A stretch of DNA of 64,000 bases from Candidatus Thorarchaeota archaeon (lineage in GTDB: Archaea; Asgardarchaeota; Thorarchaeia; Thorarchaeales; Thorarchaeaceae): contig JAGSHN010000018.1 in assembly GCA_029855935.1 (NCBI GenBank), forward strand, positions 1-64,000, in the 5' to 3' direction. A program made the position numbers and the translations under genes. The notes under the pieces were generated by a model that ran no database searches, had not been told where the DNA came from, and saw only the letters and a program-made list of their open reading frames with translations. Shown here piece after piece: positions 39,980 to 49,459 of this stretch (the first letter of the stretch is position 1; each line of letters starts with the position of its first letter).

Positions 39980-41077
39980 CTACTCGCTGCCAGAGCGGGC
40001 CATCCGCTTTATGCTGTCGACAACCTCGTGCACCATCATGACTGCACCGATGAGTTCCACGCGAGGCTCTTCGGTCTTTGCCTCGGGCCTCGATATCCGG
40101 CCAACCGACCGGCCCATGTTCTCAATGATCGTGGCCAGCGTCTTCTTTGCACTGTCGTCGAGAGAGCTGCCCTCGACCTGAGTGATCAGCTCAGCCAGTT
40201 CGGATATCATGCTCTCGGTGACCTCGGCCGCAGTCTCTGCTCGCCGCGTAAAGCTCTCAATCCGGGCTTGGCACTCGTCCAGCTGTGCCTGAATCTTCTT
40301 CATCCGCTCGGCATCGGCACCGGGCGCGGCGCTCTGGAGCTTTGCCCTCAGTTCCTCGACCTCGGCCTGGAGTCTAGTTATCGTCTGGTCCTTCTTCGCA
40401 ATCGTCTCGAGTAGCTCGGACTCCATATCGGACCCTCCGCCCTCAGAGGGTGGTTGCGCAAGGAGGTCAGCCCGCTCCCTCTCAAGGTCGGAAACCTTCT
40501 GCTTGAGAGCAGTGAGCTCACCCTCGATGGCCGCAAGCTTCTCCTCCTTCTCATTGAGGAGATCCGCAAGCTGCTTTTTCTCACCCTCTAGTCTCTGGAC
40601 CTCACTCTCAAGCACCTTGGCGTTCTCGGAGGCCTCCTTCAGCTGCTGTCTCAGTTTGACAAAGTCGGGATCAGGAGGCGAGATGACGGAGTGGGCCAGA
40701 ACCAGAAATATCACGGCGACACCGGCGAGATAGGCGATACTTGAGAACACGCTTCCAAAGACGACGTTGGTCAGGCCTTGGACCACTGCGACAAAGGCGT
40801 ACCAAGATCCGAAGGTGAGCGTGTCAGGGCCCCACCAGACAGCTCCAAAACCAGCGTACAGTAGGACCAGACATGAGCCTATGACGAGCACAAGACCACT
40901 CAGGACCATCGCGTTACGCACTCGTGACTCTGGGTCGAGATGTCTCTGATAGAGCAAGAGAGTGATGCCGATGAAGATCATCGGTATTACGTAGGGCGCC
41001 ACAGCGATGATATCACTCATAGGAAACTCGAAATCAATCAATGCTTCCAGACCAGGACCGGGATTCAGACCGAGCAC
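39980..41077 (-). CDS. Membrane-anchored coiled-coil protein
   Basis: About 4 N-terminal TM helices followed by a long heptad-repeat region. GTG start follows a GGAGGAG SD. Confidence 0.8.
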   Translation of the reverse strand: MLGLNPGPGLEALIDFEFPMSDIIAVAPYVIPMIFIGITLLLYQRHLDPESRVRNAMVLSGLVLVIGSCLVLLYAGFGAVWWGPDTLTFGSWYAFVAVVQGLTNVVFGSVFSSIAYLAGVAVIFLVLAHSVISPPDPDFVKLRQQLKEASENAKVLESEVQRLEGEKKQLADLLNEKEEKLAAIEGELTALKQKVSDLERERADLLAQPPSEGGGSDMESELLETIAKKDQTITRLQAEVEELRAKLQSAAPGADAERMKKIQAQLDECQARIESFTRRAETAAEVTESMISELAELITQVEGSSLDDSAKKTLATIIENMGRSVGRISRPEAKTEEPRVELIGAVMMVHEVVDSIKRMARSGSE

Positions 41078-41203
41078 GGATACTCCTCCTGCGTGTAGAG
41101 TGACTATGGAGAAGTGACGGATAAATCCTACGACCGCCTGCGGCTGGTCAGGCGGCCACGCATCACAACACTGGTCTGTGATTCTTGGTATGTCGAGTAT
41201 GTT

Positions 41204-41494
41204 CTATTCTCGCCACAGACGGGCGGCCTCAAGCTCGTGGTCCTCCACTATGAGCTCGAGCGCCTTGATTAGGCGAGCAGTTTCTGAGATGGACAGGAGA
41301 AAGGCACCCTTGATGTCTCTGTCCTCACCCAGTGTGAGGCGGACCTTTCCCTCGTTTACCCATCCCTCTTCGCTCTTCTCGGGCGGCTGAAACTGGATCT
41401 CAAGCCACGTGCGACGGGTCTGCCCCGTGCTACGGTCTTCGAAGAAGTGCTTGATCTGTAGCCTACGTTCATAGTTAGAAGGTCTTGTTCCCAT
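41204..41494 (-). CDS. Small hypothetical protein (beta-strands + C-terminal helix; possibly PC4/PUR/Whirly-like)
   Basis: 96 aa from ATG 41494 (MGTRPSNYERRLQIKHFFED...LSISETARLIKALE) with coding-like composition. Confidence 0.7.
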   Translation of the reverse strand: MGTRPSNYERRLQIKHFFEDRSTGQTRRTWLEIQFQPPEKSEEGWVNEGKVRLTLGEDRDIKGAFLLSISETARLIKALELIVEDHELEAARLWRE

Positions 41495-41698
41495 CTTTTC
41501 ATCAATCCTGTCTTGCTCTTGTTCCCCTGACTCAGGGGAGTCAGTCGCTCTTGTCCAAGAACATGCGTACAGACGGATAAGACTGAATCTCTCGGTGGGG
41601 GCGAGTCTGAAGTGACATATGTGGACATCGTACAGAAGACGTAGGCAAGACAAGGCTTAATTGCAGACGCGATGACCGGGGCTATCAAAGGGCGGTAG

Positions 41699-44605
41699 AT
41701 GATACCAATGACGAGGCCGATCAAGATACAGGCTCTACTTGTGCTTCTGATGATGATCTCACCACTCTTCGCCCCCCTCATTCAGCAGGGGACAGCCCGA
41801 GTCACGCCCTCGACAAGACTCGGTGTTCTCTCGCCCACGTTGGCGGACCGGATAGCGGAGGAACGTGATGACACCCCCATACCAATCATTGTGAGATTCC
41901 CTGACGGGACAGATCCCACCACAATGCTGAGCATCATTGAGACCTATGGCAGAGGTCTCACGGTGAGACATGTCTTTCATCTCGTACCATATGTCTCAGC
42001 CTATGCTCCCGCAAGAGCTATCCACGCACTCGCGTCTTCAGGGCTGGTGACACAGGTCGGCCTCGACAAGAGAGTATCGGCCCTAGAGACTGCGCCAGAG
42101 CCAGTCTTCGAGGCAGAGAGTAACGTCACGTATCTCCACCCGACTGAGGCACTGGACGTGCGCCCGCTCTGGGAGCAAGGGTACAACGGTTCGGGTATCA
42201 CGGTGGCTGTGCTAGATAGCGGCGCCTGGGGAGGCCACCCGGATCTTCAGGGTCGAATCATAGGCTTCAAGGACCTCGTAAATGGCTTGGACGATATGAA
42301 TCCAAGTGATGGTATTGACGCGTACGATGACAATGGCCACGGCACAGCGACTGCTTGGCTCGTTGGAGGCACGGACAACGGTACGGGTATCTACAGCGGA
42401 ATCGCCCCGGGTGCTGACCTTCTCATCATCAAGATACTCGACGAGGATGGTACGACCGATCTATCGACAATGGCACAGGGTATAGAAACCGCTGTCGATC
42501 TCGGTGCTGACATCATCAGTCTCAGTGTCGGAGGCCAGTGGGAGGACACTGGCGAGGATGTGGCAGTCGAGAGCTGTGAGTCTGCGGTGGATGCTGGCGT
42601 CACTGTAGTGGTGGCCGCGGGCAACTCAGGACCTGCGGCCGAGACCATAGCCACACCGGGTGTTGCCACACGGGTCATCACTGTTGGGGCATCAATAGGA
42701 GACGGTGGCGTGATAGCCTTCAGCTCCAGGGGACCGGTCGTACGGACTCAGTCAGCCCCGCTCGGTAGAATCGTCAAGCCAGACATTGTTGCTCCGGGCT
42801 ACGAGGTGTTCTCAGGGAGATGGCCGAATGCCAGCGTTGCAGAGTATCCAGCGTACAACTCCACACAGTATGGCGGGCTCTACACAAGATGGTCAGGAAC
42901 GTCGGCAGCGACGCCGCAGATTGCGGGCGTTGCAGCTCTGCTCAAACAGAAATTCCTCACGTTGAACCCGCTCACCACAAAGGCCGCTATTATGGCGGGG
43001 GCCAACGACTTGCGTCAAGACCCAATGGCGCAGGGTGCTGGGCTTGCCAACGCAACGAGAGCAGCAGAGGTGATTCAAGAGACCTCAAGGATGATCACCA
43101 TCCTAGCCCCGAGGAGATACCCGACACTGCCCGAGGGACGGAATGCGTTCATCGTGGGCGAAGAGCGGGCACCTCTGAACGCAACGGTGATATCGACCGT
43201 GCGATACGAGAACACCGAAGTAGTGGTCAACGGCAACGTGAGCCAGTTCATCACGGTATCGCCGAGCACTTTTCTCACCAGGGTGGGCTACACATTCTTC
43301 ACCATCGGCCTCACAATACCGGACAATCTTCCCCTGTCCGCAGCCGGAAGGTACCTCGGCAATCTCACGCTGGTCACCGACTCGAACGTCATCGCAACAA
43401 TGGAGCTTGATCTTGCCATCACAACCTTTGGAGGGCGTGTGCTCATAGACATGTCGCATCACAGTCTGGACGATCCAGATGACCCATCGTACTACAGCTA
43501 CTTCAAGGACTATCTACGGGCCCGGGGAATTGTCAGTTCTTGGCTTGGCGACCCTCAGAATCCAGTGCTGGCCACTGACAGCACTCTCGGGGACGCGGAC
43601 GCCTTCCTCGTAATGGACACGGAGGTGCCCTACGCCCCTGAGGAGATCGATGCCATCCATCAATTCGTCGAGGATGGAGGGGTCCTCATAGTGCTCTCGG
43701 AATACTATGACAGTGAAACGGGTCAGGCCTCATTTGCAATCGACTCTTACAACGAACTGCTACAGCCGTACGGCATACAGTGCGAACGTTATACAACAGG
43801 CTACGTGCCATTCTCAGACTCAGGAATAGCATACGGCGTCGGCTATGGCGGCGTGGTGGACAACTCGTCGCCGCTGATGGACGACGTTGAGAGACTATAC
43901 ATCCTGATGGGAAGCGCGTTGACTGTTGATGAGAACAACTCAAATGCGCGGGGGCTCTTTTGGACAGACTCTACGAAGAGGCACGCACTCGTCGCGACCG
44001 CCACTGAAGGCAAGGGACAGGTGCTTGTGATAGCGGACGGCTCCACACTCTATGATACAACCATCTATGATGCCATCAGGTCTGGTGCCGATAATCTCAA
44101 GTTCCTTGAGAATGTCGCGTCATGGATTAATCCTGTCAGACCCCGAGTCTATGATGTCATACTTGAGGCAGGAGAGATAGGCGAGACGGCGAACCTGACC
44201 GCGTATATCTTTGATGACGACCTTGAGGACGTGAGGATCACGGTCACGACCCCGCTGGGCGAGCTCGTCAACACCACGATGACTGAAACTCTCGGCTACA
44301 GGTACCACGTGAACTTCACAATGGCAAGCGCAGGATTCTATGATGTGACTATTGTGGCCCGCGACAGCGCTGGCAACGTACGCACGTTCACAAAGACAAT
44401 ACTGGTGCCAGTCGAACCCGTTGATGAGTCGTTCGCTAGAAATGTCATGATTGCTCTTCTTGCCGTTGCAGGACTCGCTCTATGCTATGTCGCGGTGATC
44501 AAGTTCGGAGTGCGAAGACCAAGAGTCAGACGGCGAAGTGAGGACGAGGAGTGGGAGATACCGATAGCTCCCCCCGGGCAGGGGGCTCCACCAGAGATAG
44601 AGTGA
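41699..44605 (+). CDS. Type I membrane S8 serine protease with Site-1-protease (MBTPS1)-like architecture
   Basis: Signal peptide, I9-like propeptide, triad VLDSG / HGTATA / GTSAATP, AAGNSG, a beta domain, a GldG/GIFT-like alpha/beta domain, an Ig-like domain, a TM helix and a basic-then-acidic tail. Confidence 0.9.
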   Translation: [968 protein letters not shown]

Positions 44606-44625
44606 CGATTCCAAGCCCCGCTGGC

Positions 44626-45924
44626 TCATTCAATGGGTCCAAGTACGTGCTCCAGATACGAACGCAGCGCAGCGTGCCTGAAGGGCGGGAGTGGGTGCTC
44701 GGACAATGTCGACCCGATCTTCACGCGGTTCAGCAACTGAATTCCCACTCGCGAGGCCATTCGGCTCGAGATCACCTGCCCGCCCACTAGTCGGCCTCCC
44801 GGCGTCGTCAGAAGAGCCACATCAGTGAACTCCGCGCTGTCCCTCAGGAAATGAGCCGAAACTTCGACTCCGAGCGACTTGGCAACGGCTGTGGACTCCC
44901 CGACCGTGACGATCTCGGTTCCGAAGATCCGGTCATACTGGAATCTCAGGAGTACATCATCATAGAGCCTGTCCTTGCCAAGCGCTGCCGAGGCAGCCTG
45001 ACGACCTGCCCGTGCTGCAGTGCTGCCGACAGGCATCAAGAGAGGTCGGCCGGTCAGAAAGTCCCGCATCTCGACACAGTCACCAGCAGCATAGACGTCT
45101 CTGCTCGACGTTCTCATGTACTCGTCGACAACAATACCTCCAAGCGCACCAACCTCAAGACCAAGCGCGCGTGCCAGAGTCGTGCTAGGGCGCACGCCCG
45201 TGGCGAGGACGACGAGGTCGCAATCAATCGTCTCGTTCCCAAGATCTACTGCACGTACCCGACTGTCACCGACCAGTCTCTTCAGCGGACTGTCTTCGTG
45301 TACGGCCACGTCTCCGGGAAGACGTGCCAATAGACGGTCGGTCATCTCCGGCTCCAGTAGCCGACCGAGAACACGAAACGCCTCTACTATGTGAACCTCA
45401 AGTCCCAGGTTTCGGAGCCGTTCCGCTGTCTCAAGTCCGCTGAAACCTGCGCCCACCACTGTGGCGGTTGAGGCCCCCTCGGCGGCCTCCGAGATGCGCA
45501 TTGCGTCTGCAAGGCCCCTCAGAGTGAAGACGCCATTGAGATCAACGCCCGGAACTGGAGGTACTAGAGGCTCACCACCAGTGGCGAGAATCAGCCGGTC
45601 GTAGCTGATAGTCTCCTGCGGGCTGTCTCCGCCATCAACATCGGTAGCGACGAGCGAGTGCGACTGTGTGTCACCACCGATCACGCGCAGTCCCTGGCGC
45701 AGAACTATTCCCCTGTCAGTCAAGGAATCGGGTGACCAATAGTCTATCTCTAGTCCGTGATCGTCACGATGACGGAATGCTCTCGTCACTCCGGGCTTGC
45801 GATATGCAGGGAGCCGATCTGCTGAGACTATTTCAACATCGATGTCTGGTGACAGAGTCTTTGCGGTCACAGCGGCCGATGCTCCGGCGGGGCCGTACCC
45901 AACGATCACAATCTTCATCGTCAT
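44626..45924 (-). CDS. FAD-dependent pyridine nucleotide-disulfide oxidoreductase family protein
   Basis: GYGPAG, YDRLILATG, GAGFSGLE, ATGVRP, TS..DVYAAGDC. Its ATG overlaps the stop of the upstream subtilase (ATGA). Confidence 0.9.
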   Translation of the reverse strand: MTMKIVIVGYGPAGASAAVTAKTLSPDIDVEIVSADRLPAYRKPGVTRAFRHRDDHGLEIDYWSPDSLTDRGIVLRQGLRVIGGDTQSHSLVATDVDGGDSPQETISYDRLILATGGEPLVPPVPGVDLNGVFTLRGLADAMRISEAAEGASTATVVGAGFSGLETAERLRNLGLEVHIVEAFRVLGRLLEPEMTDRLLARLPGDVAVHEDSPLKRLVGDSRVRAVDLGNETIDCDLVVLATGVRPSTTLARALGLEVGALGGIVVDEYMRTSSRDVYAAGDCVEMRDFLTGRPLLMPVGSTAARAGRQAASAALGKDRLYDDVLLRFQYDRIFGTEIVTVGESTAVAKSLGVEVSAHFLRDSAEFTDVALLTTPGGRLVGGQVISSRMASRVGIQLLNRVKIGSTLSEHPLPPFRHAALRSYLEHVLGPIE

Positions 45925-48900
45925 ACCTCTCTGCGCGCAGCTCTCTTGGTCCGCCACAGGACGATTGTAACTGTGACTGCAAACACTGCCCCCGCTGGGA
46001 CTATCACTCTCGAGTAGTCGGACACCAAGTGAAGGACTCCCATAGGCTCTTCGATTGTATCACCGAAGATTGTCACAACGACGGCGTAGGTCTCGTAGTC
46101 GCCGACAGGCATCGAGCCCGTAGACAGTGTCAGTCCGTACACACCGTCTTCTACGGTACGAGAGGCGGAGATATTCCAGACCGCCTCAGATGACAGCCTG
46201 AAAGACACGTACACGTGGTCCACGTAGGCCCAGCCCTCCACAGTGATTGAGGCCGTTATCATCTCATCTATGAGCGGACCGACTGCAACCGTATCTGCGC
46301 CCAGGACCGCAGAAACAATGGCGATATGCGGAGATGTTGCCTGCGACAAGAGCAGCGGCGGCAACGTGAACTGGCTGTGACCGTCAGTGACATCTATCAC
46401 AATCACAGGGTCGAAGCTGTGATTGACTGTAGTGAGGTCAATATCTATCGCCACATTCGCATCACCTGTGCTCCCACCTGAGAGGAGAGGAGTTCCATCC
46501 TCTGTGGATCCAGAGTAGACATGGTACGAGTACGCCATGCCTGTAGACGGAGTGTCAAGGTCCACCGCTGTGAATTGTGTGTGCCAGACCCCGTCATCAC
46601 CCAAGTTGGAGGAGAGTGAACACACCAGCGGCCGCCAAATGTCAGAGATCACGAGCGAGCCCGACGAGTCCGACTCGGGACCGGTTGTGCTCTCCACCGA
46701 TACCTCGAAGGTGAAGGAAGGTGCAAGACTGGTCAGCAGACGTACAAACAACGTGTTGGAACTGTTCCGGACAAAGGCGTTCAATGAGGACGCGACAAAG
46801 CTGCTCCCATCCCATTCGTACACGGACGCACTCCCTCCAGTGACATTGATGAGAAGATCCACGCCATTGTCGCCTGTACTGCTGGAGCTGTCACGGTCCA
46901 CTGCCAACGTTGTGATGGTACCACCCGTGATGTCAGGTGCACCCCTCATAGTGATGGCGAAGTGGGCCTCTTGGAGAGAGGAGAAGACGCGGACGTTGAC
47001 AATGTCGATATCCTCGGGAAGACCGTTGTTCTCGGCTGGACCGTACACAGGGTTGACACCAAGCCAGTCGCTAATGTCAACGTCTGGACCCCACGGGACT
47101 GGCATCACGTGTCGAACTGAGGCAATAGCACTGACAGCACCATAGCCCATATCAGGCCGTGGAGGTTCATCGTAATGACTGCCATCGAGACCACCAGCCC
47201 CCTCGACAATAGCGGAATAGGCCTCCCAGGAGTCGGCTGAGGAGGAGGCCTGAAGAACAAGTGCAAGCAGGCCAGCAACGTGTGGACTTGCCATACTCGT
47301 CCCGCTCTTGATTGTCCAGAGGGAGGTCAGGCTGTTCCTGGCCGCAGTGATGGCAACACCAGGGGCCACAACGATGGGGCGGACCGCTCCATCCACACGA
47401 GGCCCCCGCCCTGAGCTTGATGACACACTGTTGAGCGAGTCGTCCACGGACCCCACCGCGATCCCGAGGTCAGCAGTCCCAGGAGAACTGACAGTGCGCG
47501 AGTTGTCAATGTGATCGAGGAAACGGAGGTTTGTGAGCCCCCAGTTTCCAGGCCAGACATAGCAGTCCATCACAACGTCATCTCCGGACGGGTTCGAGAC
47601 CACGAGCGACCAGTCGCCATTCTGCCACTCTGGCTGCTGGGATGGCAGCTGGACGATGAGGCGATTGGTGCCCCTCACACTCCTGTCGGCAAAGACATAG
47701 GCGTGTATCTCGTCCTCGTCGAGTTCGGAACTCATCCCTACAATCTCGCTGAACGTACCAATCTCAATCTGGCGGCCTGAAGGCGTCCGGAGATAGATCT
47801 GCTCATCACTGTCATCGCTGTACCACAGCGCGTTGAAGAATGAGTACTCGTCGGGGTTGTTGACTGCGAACGAAACACTCGCCGTTTCGCCAGCGTTGAC
47901 AGCCAGCCGCGCATGTTTCTGCGTGCCTGCGAGATTCCCAGTGGCCACAGTTGTGAGTACGCCATACTTTCGCAGCGCCTCGCTCACAGCCGCATCCTCT
48001 ATGTCGGTGCCATCAAGAAAACCTAGGAAACTCGAGAAAGACATGTTGATGACGTCAGCGCCATTCTCAATGGCGAAGTATACGGCCTCGATTATGTCCG
48101 CACTCATCAGAGGACTGCGAATCACCATGAGATCGGCGCCCGGTGCGACACCAATCATCGAAGTGTACCCAGGCTGACCTGCAGCGACAATGGATGCCAC
48201 GTGAGTGCCATGCCCATTGCTGTCCCCGACAAAGAGGGCATCGGTTGTCAGATTGACCCCTCTGACGTACACGTTGTCAGCGAACTGATCGAAGAGTATG
48301 GACACCTTCGGCTCGCCAAGAAGCATCACATCCTCGTCAGGTAGGGAGATTACACCATTGTGGTCATGGTCAACGCCGACAAGCCAGCGATCACCCTCAG
48401 CATAGTCGAACCGGCTGTTGCCCCGTGTGTCGATGTACAGGTACTCGTTCTCGGTCTCGATGACCCCGTTATGTGCGACCTCGACGACCTGTATCGGCCC
48501 CTCGTCGTCATCGGCGATGGAGTCGTTGTCGAGGTCAGCATAGAACTCAGAACCCTGTTGAAGAACGTTGATGGGTCCCTGGGTAACCCTCCAGAACGAG
48601 GGATGCAGCCACTGCACACCAGTGTCGAGTACGGCGACCGTGACCCCGGAGCCATCAACGGACTCGCCATCCACCGAGAGAGAGTTGTGAACGTCAATTG
48701 CACCAATTGCCGGGACAGACGACTCCAATGAGGGGACGAACCGGCGATCCCCAGAGTAGGCCCCAGTCAGGCCCATCTGGCCAAGACCGGTGAGAGAGGA
48801 CTTGCTCGTGACGCGCACCACGTATATTGACCCAACGTGAACTACATTGCCGTTCCTCATCTCGGGTCTGATGCCAAGACTCCGCATTGCAGAGAGCTCA

Positions 48901-49163
48901 GATGCTGATAGCTCGTGCGAGAATCTCAACAGTGCACGTACACCCTGATCCCCGGTGGTTGCGGGCGAGCTCTGTAGCCTGTTGAGTTCCGCTGCCAGAG
49001 TGGAATCGACAATTGGCGAAACAGAGAGGGCAGGAGCAACGGACATCGGCGACCTGGGCACCTGTGTTGAGATCGCCCCTGCAGAGAATGGTGAGAGGGT
49101 ACAGAGTAGGACTGAGAATACCAGAAGAACCCTTGCAGACGACACGCGTAGCTTCACCGCCAT
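45921..49163 (-). CDS. Secreted, C-terminally anchored S8 serine protease with internal insertions
   Basis: Signal peptide; triad VLDTG / HGTHVAS / GTSMASPHVAG; DxDxD-type acidic loops between Asp and His; C-terminal TM + basic tail. Confidence 0.92.
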   Translation of the reverse strand: MAVKLRVSSARVLLVFSVLLCTLSPFSAGAISTQVPRSPMSVAPALSVSPIVDSTLAAELNRLQSSPATTGDQGVRALLRFSHELSASELSAMRSLGIRPEMRNGNVVHVGSIYVVRVTSKSSLTGLGQMGLTGAYSGDRRFVPSLESSVPAIGAIDVHNSLSVDGESVDGSGVTVAVLDTGVQWLHPSFWRVTQGPINVLQQGSEFYADLDNDSIADDDEGPIQVVEVAHNGVIETENEYLYIDTRGNSRFDYAEGDRWLVGVDHDHNGVISLPDEDVMLLGEPKVSILFDQFADNVYVRGVNLTTDALFVGDSNGHGTHVASIVAAGQPGYTSMIGVAPGADLMVIRSPLMSADIIEAVYFAIENGADVINMSFSSFLGFLDGTDIEDAAVSEALRKYGVLTTVATGNLAGTQKHARLAVNAGETASVSFAVNNPDEYSFFNALWYSDDSDEQIYLRTPSGRQIEIGTFSEIVGMSSELDEDEIHAYVFADRSVRGTNRLIVQLPSQQPEWQNGDWSLVVSNPSGDDVVMDCYVWPGNWGLTNLRFLDHIDNSRTVSSPGTADLGIAVGSVDDSLNSVSSSSGRGPRVDGAVRPIVVAPGVAITAARNSLTSLWTIKSGTSMASPHVAGLLALVLQASSSADSWEAYSAIVEGAGGLDGSHYDEPPRPDMGYGAVSAIASVRHVMPVPWGPDVDISDWLGVNPVYGPAENNGLPEDIDIVNVRVFSSLQEAHFAITMRGAPDITGGTITTLAVDRDSSSSTGDNGVDLLINVTGGSASVYEWDGSSFVASSLNAFVRNSSNTLFVRLLTSLAPSFTFEVSVESTTGPESDSSGSLVISDIWRPLVCSLSSNLGDDGVWHTQFTAVDLDTPSTGMAYSYHVYSGSTEDGTPLLSGGSTGDANVAIDIDLTTVNHSFDPVIVIDVTDGHSQFTLPPLLLSQATSPHIAIVSAVLGADTVAVGPLIDEMITASITVEGWAYVDHVYVSFRLSSEAVWNISASRTVEDGVYGLTLSTGSMPVGDYETYAVVVTIFGDTIEEPMGVLHLVSDYSRVIVPAGAVFAVTVTIVLWRTKRAARREV

Positions 49164-49295
49164 CCTCTCTCACTGTTCCCAAGGGGCTGATATGCTTTGC
49201 CGAACGCGGTGACGGGACGCGCGTCAATCTCCGAACAGGACCGAAGGCGAGTGATCTGCCGAGCACCCTACAGGGGCCCAACCAGACAGGCAACC

Positions 49296-49311
49296 CGGGG
49301 TGCGCACCCCG
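49296..49311. promoter_or_regulatory. Perfect 16-bp palindrome between divergent surface-protein genes
   Basis: CGGGGTGCGCACCCCG is its own reverse complement. Its function is unknown. Confidence 0.35.
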
Positions 49312-49459
49312 CCGCTGAAGACTAGAGAATGCAATGAAACCGAAAAAGAACTAGTAGATTTCTCCGCAATACTTTTACGAAGAGCATCCGAGAGCCTGAC
49401 GAAACCCACCTATCAAGAATGGAGAGGAGAATACTCGGATTCCATTTGAGGTAACAGAG

